A stretch of DNA of 64,000 nucleotides from an uncultured Clostridia bacterium (GCA_944388585.1 CALXJI010000005.1:96012-160011), one strand, 5' to 3'; counted from the stretch's first letter, positions 18,122 to 27,053 are shown. Notes: a model not told the origin generated them from the letters alone. A program made the numbers and translations.

Positions 18122-19696
18122 TTATTTTTTATATAGTTTAGATAATACAATAACCTTTTTATTAAGGTATAAAGAATAAGTCTTTTTCTCTTTTTGATAA
18201 GATAGAATAGAGGAGATAGTTTTATTATTAAGAGAAATATATTTTATACCAATTTTAGATAAGTCTTTAATAAGTTGAGTATCTTTATTAAGATGTCTCC
18301 TTACAAACTTCTCAGTACCATTTAAAATATTATTATAAGATAATCCATTGTTTTTTCTTTCTTCATTTAAAACTCTTAGAGAAGTAATTAAATCTTCAAT
18401 AGTAATATAACCATACTTTTGTAAATCAGTGTTATTAGATAAAATAGTGTATATATATTCAATAGTTTTAATATCTCTATTTTTATATTTATTCTCTAAA
18501 TTACTATTTCTATATATTAGTTGAGAAGAAGTGTTACCCGTGTTCCTTGTAAGTAGTGAGTAAGTTATATTTTTATAATAATTTAATAAGTCCTTAGATA
18601 TAAAGTCTATATTTATAAAATCTTCTTTTAATAAATATGGAATAATTAGAGTAGTAGGTCTTTGTTTAGATTTAAAATAGTTAGTATTATTTTTTACACT
18701 ATCTAATCTTTTAAATATATTTAGTAAGTAGAGTATTTTTATTTTCTTACTATAACCTCTAATTTCTCTAAATATATCTTTTATAGATAGAGTAAGTAGT
18801 ATATTATCTTCTATTATTAAGTAATTATTAGGAGTATGTAAATAATTATATTTTAGTTCTTTTATTATAGGTATAAAATCTATCTTTTCTAAGAGTAGTT
18901 TAAAATTACTATTTTGTTTTAGACTAGTTAGTTTGTTTATTACTTCTAGATTATTTATTATAGTTCTATGTACTATATATCTATCATAAGAAGATATTAT
19001 TCTATCTATATTAGTAGGAGAAAATGCACTTTTTTTAGTATATTTTTTTACATTACTAAAAGTAACTCTATTATTACTCTCTCTAACTATAGAAGTATTT
19101 TTTTTAGTTAGAGTTTTAACATTATTAAATAATAAATAATCACAATACCTACAACCAAACCATTTATCTATATTTTTATTACTATCTTTTTTTATAACAC
19201 TATCTATTATGTACTTATTCATCTTTTGTAAATATCTAGTGTCTTTCTCATATTGTTGGTTAATCTTTACAATATGTTGCAGTTTAAGTAACTCATTAGA
19301 AGAATAAACCACAGTATATTGTTTATTATCTCTATGTTTTATATTATCTAAGTGTGATACTAATTCTAAATTACAAAGTCTATTATCTAATTTATCTTTA
19401 TTAATGTGATTTACCTCATAATCTTTATCTAATAATTCCTTTAATTTAACATCATACCTACTATAAAATTCTATTATTACTCTTTGTAGAGTAGTTACAA
19501 CATTATCTAATTTTCTTAGAACTAAATAATCATTTTCATTTACTCTTACATTGTGTAGTTCCATTATATTTAACAAATATCTAATCAAACTACTATCATT
19601 ATCAATTTTTCCTGAAACACTATTATTTATCATATTATAAATTAAGGTTGTTGTTTCATCATAATACAATAAAAGTGTCATATTATCTTTTATCAT
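18122..19696 (-). CDS. Hypothetical protein (524 aa), N/K/Y/I-rich
   Basis: Long uninterrupted ORF. Its DNA is conspicuously rich in TAG, AGTAG and TTAG on the non-coding strand, unlike flanking genes. Confidence 0.45.
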   Translation of the reverse strand: MIKDNMTLLLYYDETTTLIYNMINNSVSGKIDNDSSLIRYLLNIMELHNVRVNENDYLVLRKLDNVVTTLQRVIIEFYSRYDVKLKELLDKDYEVNHINKDKLDNRLCNLELVSHLDNIKHRDNKQYTVVYSSNELLKLQHIVKINQQYEKDTRYLQKMNKYIIDSVIKKDSNKNIDKWFGCRYCDYLLFNNVKTLTKKNTSIVRESNNRVTFSNVKKYTKKSAFSPTNIDRIISSYDRYIVHRTIINNLEVINKLTSLKQNSNFKLLLEKIDFIPIIKELKYNYLHTPNNYLIIEDNILLTLSIKDIFREIRGYSKKIKILYLLNIFKRLDSVKNNTNYFKSKQRPTTLIIPYLLKEDFINIDFISKDLLNYYKNITYSLLTRNTGNTSSQLIYRNSNLENKYKNRDIKTIEYIYTILSNNTDLQKYGYITIEDLITSLRVLNEERKNNGLSYNNILNGTEKFVRRHLNKDTQLIKDLSKIGIKYISLNNKTISSILSYQKEKKTYSLYLNKKVIVLSKLYKK

Positions 19697-19802
19697 AGTA
19701 ATTAACTCCTTTACTTAAAATAAACTAAAAGTATATACACTTTCTAAGTAAATATATATAATTACTATCAAAAAATTAATAAAATGACACTTTTTAAATT
19801 GT

Positions 19803-20120
19803 TTAATCTTCCTTATTCTTATTATTTTCAAATACTTCACACATTAGAGTAATGCCGGTAGTAAGTCCATCTCTAAAATATAAGTTATCCATAAAAGAAT
19901 TTCTTGCATTAGACATATCCATATAATCTTTTACACAATTTAGTATATTATCATAATCCTTTTTATCTATTGTGTCTTTTAAATACTTATATCTTTTTTC
20001 TAATTTTTCTCCAAATTCATTATAATCTTTTCTTTCATATTTAGTCATCGAAGGTAACCTGCCCTCTAATACATCAAATAGTTGTTGTAAAATTTTTTGT
20101 TCTTCAACTCCATTTTCCAT
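19803..20120 (-). CDS. Hypothetical protein (105 aa)
   Basis: First gene of the long minus-strand operon inside the element's right end. Confidence 0.45.
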   Translation of the reverse strand: MENGVEEQKILQQLFDVLEGRLPSMTKYERKDYNEFGEKLEKRYKYLKDTIDKKDYDNILNCVKDYMDMSNARNSFMDNLYFRDGLTTGITLMCEVFENNKNKED

Positions 20121-20231
20121 AATGTAAATTCTCCTTTCTATGAGGTAAATTATATATAGTTGGAATAGAGAAGTACATATTTTTTCTACATTTTATAAAA
20201 TTGATTCCACATTTAATTGTGGAGTATTTTA

Positions 20232-20269
20232 CTTATAAAATAATATAATTTAATATCTTAATAATAAAA
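20232..20269 (+). repeat. 38-bp repeat copy B (cttataaaataatataatttaatatcttaataataaaa)
   Basis: Direct repeat of 12930..12967. Confidence 0.6.
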
Positions 20270-20349
20270 ATTAACTAGAATTAAACCTCATTAACTCTAG
20301 TTATATTTTTAATTAAATATTTGTATATAAATTTATAAGAAAATATTTG

Positions 20350-20441
20350 TGTACATTAAAATACATTAGTTGTACAAATATATGTATATTAGATTTTATT
20401 TATTTTTATATAGTTTGAAGTTACTTAGTACAAAATGTACA
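20350..20441. repeat. Second cluster of TGTACA hexamers, in the promoter region of the 19803..20120 operon
   Basis: TGTACA at 20350, 20371 and 20436, GTACA at 20428. gtacaaaatgtaca is the reverse complement of tgtacattttgtac at 6215-6229. Confidence 0.5.
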
Positions 20442-20485
20442 AAAAAATTTATATATTATTTTATATTAATATATATAAAAAAAAG

Positions 20486-20543
20486 AACAGTATTTCTACT
20501 ATTCTAAAATTTTACGTATACATATACTGTGTAGAATACTGTT
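20486..20543. terminator. Long inverted repeat (aacagtatttctac ... gtagaatactgtt, 13-14-bp arms, 31-nt spacer) followed by a T-run, just inside the element's right end
   Basis: Read directly from sequence. The hairpin is flanked by an A-run and a T-run, so it can act in both directions. Confidence 0.4.
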
Positions 20544-20592
20544 TTTTGGTCATTTCTTCTATTCTTTCTTCTCTCAAAATCAAAAGTGTCTT

Positions 20593-20862
20593 TTAATAGG
20601 TCATTACTTTAGTAACTGATGCTGGTAACATATGTTCATTTTCATTATTTGCATATAGTATTTTCCCTGTAGTAGGTTCCATTAAAATCTGAGAATAAGA
20701 CTCAAAAGTAAAAGACGGATTTGCAACAGTTGAAATACTACTTTCAATTCCCTCATTTTTTACTTTATATAAATACCCTACTCCCAAAATATAATTACAA
20801 TTTATTACATTTATCAATAACATACAAACTATTATTTTAAAAAACTTATTCACATATTCCAC
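20593..20862 (-). CDS. D-alanyl-D-alanine carboxypeptidase, 5' part (signal peptide plus SxxK active-site motif), truncated by the element
   Basis: Signal-peptide-like N-terminus. Ends ...MLPASVTKVMTY*; the active-site SVTK is followed immediately by the junction. Confidence 0.8.
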   Translation of the reverse strand: MEYVNKFFKIIVCMLLINVINCNYILGVGYLYKVKNEGIESSISTVANPSFTFESYSQILMEPTTGKILYANNENEHMLPASVTKVMTY

Positions 20863-20966
20863 CTCAATACAGTTTATTACTTTATTAGGTAAAATATTAT
20901 TAATTTGAACATATTAATATTTTAACAAATAAAAAAGCACTTCATGTTTGACGTGCTCTTTTTTAA

Positions 20967-21206
20967 TTATCTTTCCTTTTTTAATTTATTACCATAAACT
21001 TCAATTACAAATTTTATAGTTTCTTCATTTCCAGAATAAATTTCATCTCTTTGTTTTGTATAAAGTTCATTTCTTTTATTTAGTTCTTTAATTATTTTCT
21101 CATCTGTTTCTCTTTCAAGTGCAAATAAATTATCTGCTATCATCTCTGCTATTATCTCAATTGCAACATCTGTGTTCATTAATTTGTTATTAAACATAAT
21201 TATCAC
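20967..21206 (-). CDS. Hypothetical small protein (79 aa)
   Basis: ORF with helical, charged sequence. Confidence 0.4.
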   Translation of the reverse strand: MIIMFNNKLMNTDVAIEIIAEMIADNLFALERETDEKIIKELNKRNELYTKQRDEIYSGNEETIKFVIEVYGNKLKKER

Positions 21207-21341
21207 CTCTTTATTAAATATATCATATATTATATCATATTAAAAAAATATGTATTTACATATATTATCTACATTAATTTTAAATTATTTTTACTAAAGT
21301 GTACTTTTATTAATTTAAATTAATTATATAATAATTACTAA

Positions 21342-21578
21342 TTAATCTGACTCTACATCATTGAATAAATTATCTGCAAAAAACTCAGATAAAGTTAAAT
21401 TAAAGACTTCACATATATGAAGTAACGTATCTAATTTTAATAATTTGGTTTTCCCGTTAAGAAACGTAGTTATAGTCGAACATGGTATGCCTGATTCTTT
21501 GCAAACATACCATATGTTTACGTCATGCTCTTTTAAAAGATTATTTACTTTTAGTCTAATAGCATCCGATAGTTGCAT
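21342..21578 (-). CDS. XRE-family HTH transcriptional regulator (78 aa)
   Basis: IWYVCKESGIPCSTITTFLNGKTKLLKLDTLLHICEVFNLTLSEFF. Confidence 0.7.
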   Translation of the reverse strand: MQLSDAIRLKVNNLLKEHDVNIWYVCKESGIPCSTITTFLNGKTKLLKLDTLLHICEVFNLTLSEFFADNLFNDVESD

Positions 21579-21740
21579 AACTACGCTCCTTTCAAAATTA
21601 GTATAACAAATTTTAATGTTTTACTACTTGGGCGAATTGAAGTGATCTGCATTTTACTTCAATTTACCCAAGTAGCTTTTTTGTGACTTATGTTATAATT
21701 ATTGGTAAATATTTTAATAATATTTATTAAGGAGGATTTT

Positions 21741-21884
21741 ATGTACGGAAAAATAGATGATATTTTAAAGAAAAAATACGATGAAATTGTAATTCCACCA
21801 GATATATTCGATTTTGATAAAATATTTAAAAAATATAATGAACTTTATAAAAATAAAAGAAGAAATAAAAAAAGAAAAAATTAA
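21741..21884 (+). CDS. Small basic-tailed hypothetical protein (47 aa; ATG after GGAGGA)
   Basis: RBS ggagga 5 nt upstream; C-terminal KNKRRNKKRKN. Confidence 0.3.
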   Translation: MYGKIDDILKKKYDEIVIPPDIFDFDKIFKKYNELYKNKRRNKKRKN

Positions 21885-22120
21885 TTATTATTTTTGCTAT
21901 TAATATATAGCATTATTTTTTAAATATAAAAAATATAAAAATGAATATAAAATTGATATATAAAATTTAATAAGATAATTTAAATATAATTTGATAAAAT
22001 AAATCTGAATTGGTGTTAAGTTAGAAAACAATATTAGTAAAAATATATATCTTCCTTTTATTTAATATACTAAACTCTTTATTGAAAATCAACAATATAC
22101 TAATAATAATTCTTATACAA

Positions 22121-22149
22121 AAAAAGAATGCTAAAAAGCATTCTTTTTT
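22121..22149. terminator. Bidirectional terminator hairpin overlapping the last codons of 22131..22676
   Basis: aagaatgct - aaaa - agcattctt flanked by A-run and T-run. Confidence 0.55.
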
Positions 22150-22676
22150 AATTTCTCTTCTACACTATATTCATTGAAATAATCCATTTTTCCTTTAAAA
22201 AATTCATCATTAAGTTTAATAAATTGTACATCTTTATAAAAAGCAGCCTTTTTGCAAAAGCTTCTATCCATAGTAAGTGAATTAACAGGATCAATTATAT
22301 AGCAATTCTCAGCCATTACAATATACGTTAATATCCTTTCTCCTTCATTTCCTCTAGACAATAAATAAATATTAGCCTTTATATTTAATAAATCCAATAT
22401 ATATTTTATAGTCCTTGCTACTCCTAAAGATGTTGCTTTTTTCTCAATAAGAGCAGAATACATAGAATTATACTCATCATTTATTTGATCTTCATAGACT
22501 AGTGTATCAACAGCAGTATCTACAAAAGAGATTGTCGCTTTCATATAGTTTTCTAATGCAGATGAAATTTCTCTAGGGTCGCTACTATATTTTTTTATTA
22601 ATTCTATTATCCCTTTTAAAACCAAATTTAATTGATATTCTTCTGCTTCTTTTTGGTTTAATTCTTTTCCAGACAT
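22131..22676 (-). CDS. Hypothetical protein, paralog family member 1 (181 aa)
   Basis: Shares the A-x-S/C-x-G-V-A-x-x-I-x-x-L-L core with 23520..24266 and 24276..24926. Confidence 0.5.
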   Translation of the reverse strand: MSGKELNQKEAEEYQLNLVLKGIIELIKKYSSDPREISSALENYMKATISFVDTAVDTLVYEDQINDEYNSMYSALIEKKATSLGVARTIKYILDLLNIKANIYLLSRGNEGERILTYIVMAENCYIIDPVNSLTMDRSFCKKAAFYKDVQFIKLNDEFFKGKMDYFNEYSVEEKLKKNAF

Positions 22677-22752
22677 ATATTTTTCCTCCTTTAAATTTAA
22701 AGTTAGTTAATATTTTTAGCTTTATGTATTATATCATTTTTTGTACTTTATG

Positions 22753-23517
22753 TCAACTATTCAAAATATAGTTTGTAGCAATCTTAATTACTTCTTCTAA
22801 TTCTCCAGGTTTTTTAAATCTATGATCAGCACCTTTTACCATATATAATTTGACATTTTTACTAAATTTCTTTTGAAACTTTATAGAATCTTCTATAGGT
22901 GCCATATCATCCAAAGTTCCATGAATTATCAATATATTATCTTTTTTATTATATACTTTAAATAAATCATTTTTAGTCAATTCCTCATAATATTCTTTTG
23001 TAATTATAATATTGCGTTCAAAACCTAATATACACTTTTCTTTTTTCAAAAATTCATTTAATGGTATTTTTAAAATATTTTCTTCAAATATTTTTCTCAT
23101 ATTTAATGCTGGACATCTTAAAACTATTGAATTATATATTTTAGTGCCCTCGTTAATTTTCAATAATACTACATATGCTCCATAACTTGTAGCAAAAAAT
23201 CCTACTTCTATATTATTAAATTTCTCTTCAATATAATTTTCAACATCATTTATATCACTTATACAATTTTCTACTTTATAATTATACCCATTCGTATTAC
23301 TTATTCCATGCCCTGGAAAATCAAATGTAATAACTCCTATATTATAATTTGTCAGTGATTTTGCTAAATTAATTATAGCTGAGCTTTTCTTATCTCCTCC
23401 AAATCCATGACATGCTATTATAATTTTTCTAACATTTCTATCATCTGGAAGATACAAATCACAAAAAATTTTGTATAATTTTTTAGATGAAACTATATTA
23501 ATTTCTTCCTTAATCAT
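22753..23517 (-). CDS. Alpha/beta-fold hydrolase
   Basis: HGFGGDK, nucleophile elbow GFFATSYGA, and HGTLDD...ADHRF. Confidence 0.7.
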   Translation of the reverse strand: MIKEEINIVSSKKLYKIFCDLYLPDDRNVRKIIIACHGFGGDKKSSAIINLAKSLTNYNIGVITFDFPGHGISNTNGYNYKVENCISDINDVENYIEEKFNNIEVGFFATSYGAYVVLLKINEGTKIYNSIVLRCPALNMRKIFEENILKIPLNEFLKKEKCILGFERNIIITKEYYEELTKNDLFKVYNKKDNILIIHGTLDDMAPIEDSIKFQKKFSKNVKLYMVKGADHRFKKPGELEEVIKIATNYILNS

Positions 23518-23519
23518 AA

Positions 23520-24266
23520 TTATACCTCCTTAATGTCTTTTTGAATATCATCTAAATTTGTTACAAGATTATATTCTTCATCAATTTTCTTCATATCAAG
23601 ATCTATAATATTAGATGTTTGCTCTCCTAGTCCATTTTTACCAACCTTATTTTCTATAAATTCATCAGGATTTTTTTCAACTATATATACCTTTTTTCTC
23701 ATATATTCCTCAAAATCTTCTCCCTTTCTCTCTCTATTAGCTTGACGCTCTGGATCTAAAACTACTTTATGCTCTTTTCCATCTTCTGATTTATAATTTG
23801 CAACTGTCAAATAATGAAAAAAAGGTTTTAATCTTTTTTGCCCTGTCTCTAATTCATAATGAGTATCTGGCAATGCTGCTAAATGTGTTTCTGTATCTAT
23901 GCCATTTACTTCTAATAGAAGTCTTGTAGCCTCACTAAATCCTACACATATAGCTTCTTTTTCAAAAAAAGCAGAAAATGCTGTCCTATATCTTAACTGA
24001 CTATTTTCAATTTGAAGATTCTGCTTCATTGCATCAAAATATGTTTTATTAAGCGATACATTTTCTTTCATATATCTATTCACATTATTTATTTTTTCGA
24101 CATCTGAAAATTCTTCTTTACTATTATTTACAACTTTAGAATAATCTAACAAATAGTCTTTAAGTATTTCAAGCATATCCATATTATAAAATTCCTCACC
24201 ATGTAAATCATCACCTATTACTTTTCTCATAGCTTTTTCAACAATCTCTTCATGATCTATACTCAT
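23520..24266 (-). CDS. Hypothetical protein, paralog family member 2 (248 aa), retains Cys in the shared core (AICVGFSEA...LLEV...H)
   Basis: YRTAFSAFFEKEAICVGFSEATRLLLEVNGIDTETH; possible transglutaminase-like/papain-like Cys-His arrangement. Confidence 0.45.
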   Translation of the reverse strand: MSIDHEEIVEKAMRKVIGDDLHGEEFYNMDMLEILKDYLLDYSKVVNNSKEEFSDVEKINNVNRYMKENVSLNKTYFDAMKQNLQIENSQLRYRTAFSAFFEKEAICVGFSEATRLLLEVNGIDTETHLAALPDTHYELETGQKRLKPFFHYLTVANYKSEDGKEHKVVLDPERQANRERKGEDFEEYMRKKVYIVEKNPDEFIENKVGKNGLGEQTSNIIDLDMKKIDEEYNLVTNLDDIQKDIKEV

Positions 24267-24275
24267 AATATCCTC

Positions 24276-24926
24276 CTAAACTTCAAATAATTTACATATG
24301 TTATCTTTTCCATTAACAAATTTAATATTTTCTTTATTTAATAATTCTTTTGCATTTATACCATATCCATTCGGAAAAACTTTATTTTCAAAAAAGCTAT
24401 TATTTGGTAAAATATATGTTGCTTTATTTAAAATTTCATTATAATCCCACATATTTCTATTACAAGATTGTTCAAGTAGTGGAGCTATAACAAAATATTT
24501 ATTATTATTATTTTTTACTACTACAGCATAATTTAATATTTTATTATCTAAAGTGTATAGTATTGTTTTATTTTCTATATTTTCTACTTCTAAAAGTATA
24601 GATATTGCTTCTGCCACTCCAACAGACATAGCTTCTCTTTTTACAAAAGCAGCATATGCAGTTCTATATATCATCTCATCTTCATCAAATTCTAAATCAT
24701 CTCCATATTCATACTCACCATATTGTGCTCTTTCTTTAACAGTAGATAAAATATAATTATTTATTCTTTTTACTTTTTCTTCAATATTTTGATAATCGAA
24801 ATTCTTGTTTTCATACAAGCTACAAATAATAGAACTTACAATCCTATTTATACTTTCTGTATGCACTCTATCTAGATACATAGGATCTTTTGATATTTTA
24901 TCTACAATTTGAAAATATTTATTCAT
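24276..24926 (-). CDS. Hypothetical protein, paralog family member 3 (216 aa), Cys replaced by Ser in the shared core
   Basis: YRTAYAAFVKREAMSVGVAEAISILLEVENIEN. Confidence 0.45.
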   Translation of the reverse strand: MNKYFQIVDKISKDPMYLDRVHTESINRIVSSIICSLYENKNFDYQNIEEKVKRINNYILSTVKERAQYGEYEYGDDLEFDEDEMIYRTAYAAFVKREAMSVGVAEAISILLEVENIENKTILYTLDNKILNYAVVVKNNNNKYFVIAPLLEQSCNRNMWDYNEILNKATYILPNNSFFENKVFPNGYGINAKELLNKENIKFVNGKDNICKLFEV

Positions 24927-25038
24927 ACAATCACCTTATTTCAATTATAATATATATTCTAAAATTAAACCATACGTTTGAAAACTATTATACATTTTTT
25001 TTACTTTTCTACATATTAATATTATAAAGGAGGTAATT

Positions 25039-26286
25039 ATGAATCCATTTGATTTTTGTAGTCCAATAACAAATCAAAAATATTATAATTGGAAAAATAT
25101 ATATCCAATGCCATATGATAAAAATACTACTAGCCCTTATACAAAAGCTAGAGTAATACTTATGAACGGATGTGAAACAGAGCAAGTTTTCTTTCTACAT
25201 CAGTTTAGTAGAAATTGTTCAGATAATGATTTAAGAAGAGAAATTGCAAAATTAAGAAGAATTGAACAACAACAGCAAAAACTAGTACAATGTCTAAAAC
25301 CAATTAATGAAAATATATTAGAAGAAACAATAATATATGAACTACTTGCTGTAGATCTAACTGCTAGACTTGCAAAATGCGAACCAGATGTATATGTAAA
25401 ACAGGCACTAGATTTTGCATTACTAGAAGATTTTGACCATTTATATAGATATTCAAATCTTATGAAACTTGAATATGGAAAAAATGCAGAATATTTAGTA
25501 GGAAGATATACTGAAATAATGCCAGCAAGACCTACAATTTCACATCATAGACACCCAGTTGATACAATAAGACGTGCAACAAATTCAGAAGCCTCAAATA
25601 TTACTAAGTTACATTGCAATATTATAACTGCTGCGGAACAACAAACCATGAATTTTTATATGAATGTATGTAACTTATATCCTTCTGATTTGGGAAGAAG
25701 ATTATATCAAGAAATTGGAATGGTCGAAGAAGATCACGTAACGCATTATGGAAGTTTATTAAATACAAATATGACTTATTTAGAAAATTTAGTTATGCAT
25801 ATGTACACAGCATGCTATTTATATTATTCTTGCCTACAAGATGAAGATAATCAACAAGCAAAATGTGTTTGGAAAGAGTGTTTTTATCAAGAAGTGGCAA
25901 ACTTAAAAAAATCTGCTGATTTACTAGAAAAATACGAAAATAAACATTGGTCTTGCGTAATTGCAGATGGTGCTTTTCCAGGACTACTAACACTTGGCCC
26001 TAATGTAGAATATATAAGAGATGTAATAAAAAATACTGTTACAAATACAACTTTAAAAGAAGATTATTGTCCTGTAAATCTTATGCCTTTAGATAGTAAC
26101 TTCTTTGAATATCAAGCAATTGTAAATTCAGATATTGAATGTGTACCAAGTCACAACGTTATATGTAAAACAATAAATAAATTTAGTGCAGATTATAGAT
26201 ACGAAAAATCTCCAAATCCAATACCTGATCTTCAAACAAGAAATGTAGATAATGTGACACTAGGAAGAGTTCCAAACTCAAAATAA
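25039..26286 (+). CDS. Ferritin-like diiron-carboxylate superfamily protein (415 aa), function unknown
   Basis: Two E...ExxH motifs: ELLAVD...LLEDFDH and AAEQQ...MVEEDHVTH. RBS GGAGG. Confidence 0.5.
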   Translation: MNPFDFCSPITNQKYYNWKNIYPMPYDKNTTSPYTKARVILMNGCETEQVFFLHQFSRNCSDNDLRREIAKLRRIEQQQQKLVQCLKPINENILEETIIYELLAVDLTARLAKCEPDVYVKQALDFALLEDFDHLYRYSNLMKLEYGKNAEYLVGRYTEIMPARPTISHHRHPVDTIRRATNSEASNITKLHCNIITAAEQQTMNFYMNVCNLYPSDLGRRLYQEIGMVEEDHVTHYGSLLNTNMTYLENLVMHMYTACYLYYSCLQDEDNQQAKCVWKECFYQEVANLKKSADLLEKYENKHWSCVIADGAFPGLLTLGPNVEYIRDVIKNTVTNTTLKEDYCPVNLMPLDSNFFEYQAIVNSDIECVPSHNVICKTINKFSADYRYEKSPNPIPDLQTRNVDNVTLGRVPNSK

Positions 26287-26312
26287 AGCTCCCCATTTGG
26301 GGAGTTTTTTTG
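26287..26312 (+). terminator. Rho-independent terminator
   Basis: agctcccc-attt-ggggag followed by ttttttt. Confidence 0.7.
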
Positions 26313-26320
26313 GATTTATT

Positions 26321-27007
26321 TTAATTAAAAACTAAGCTTAAATTATTATATGGAATTTCTACTTCAAATATTCCAGCTACATATGGTGCTACTGTATATG
26401 AATTAAAGATAATAACAAAAGAATCTTTGGTAAATATAAAATTTTTATAATTATCTAGATCTTTTTGTAATCCGTTTTCTAACCACTCTTCATTTGAATA
26501 TTGTTTTATATTAGTATCATCTTTTAACTTATTATAGCATTCTGAATAAAATAAATCTAAAATATCATTATTTTTTTGTTTTAAATAATCTATATCTATT
26601 ATAGTGTCTTCTATGAAGCTTACTGTAAATATTTCTTCTATATCATGACTTATTCCAACATTACTTTTTATAATAAATTTAAAACTTTTATAATCTTTAT
26701 ATTCATATTCTTCAAACGAAATTTCTAATTTTTTCTTATCTGTTGTAAAACTTGCATTTTCAAATTTACTTTTATAATAATCTATTTTTTTTATAATAGT
26801 GTTATTTACATTCTGATATTCTGTTACTGGATAAAATATATTTATTTTTTTATTATCGTCTTCTATACTTATATTCTCTATTTTATATTCTTCAGAATTA
26901 TTTATAACATCTTTTACTTCTACTGTATCTGTATTAATAGTTACAATTTTTGATGATGCTATTATTACTAAGCATAATAAAAGAGCAAGTAATCTTTTAT
27001 GATTCAT
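26321..27007 (-). CDS. Exported hypothetical protein (signal peptide)
   Basis: MNHKRLLALLLCLVIIASS signal sequence. Confidence 0.5.
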   Translation of the reverse strand: MNHKRLLALLLCLVIIASSKIVTINTDTVEVKDVINNSEEYKIENISIEDDNKKINIFYPVTEYQNVNNTIIKKIDYYKSKFENASFTTDKKKLEISFEEYEYKDYKSFKFIIKSNVGISHDIEEIFTVSFIEDTIIDIDYLKQKNNDILDLFYSECYNKLKDDTNIKQYSNEEWLENGLQKDLDNYKNFIFTKDSFVIIFNSYTVAPYVAGIFEVEIPYNNLSLVFN

Positions 27008-27053
27008 ATTATCACCTAAAACATTATATGCTCTTATTTGTTATTTTATTATA

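Larger units (their letters stand above)
4243..20604. mobile_element. ~16.4-kb integrated element (serine-recombinase type, skin-like or satellite-like) inserted within a dac gene; 5-bp GTCAT direct repeats at 4243-4247 and 20600-20604
   Basis: A split host gene with a precise protein-level join, an adjacent large serine recombinase, imperfect inverted repeats inside both ends (caaaagacactt at 4269-4280; aaaagtgtctttt at 20583-20595), and cargo of replication, regulatory and recombinase genes. Confidence 0.8.

Noticed and set aside
4243-20604. Considered annotating the inserted element as a complete prophage.
   Set aside because: No terminase, portal, capsid, tail, holin or lysin candidates were recognisable among its ORFs, and 16 kb is too small. 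A satellite, PICI-like or skin-like degenerate element fits better.
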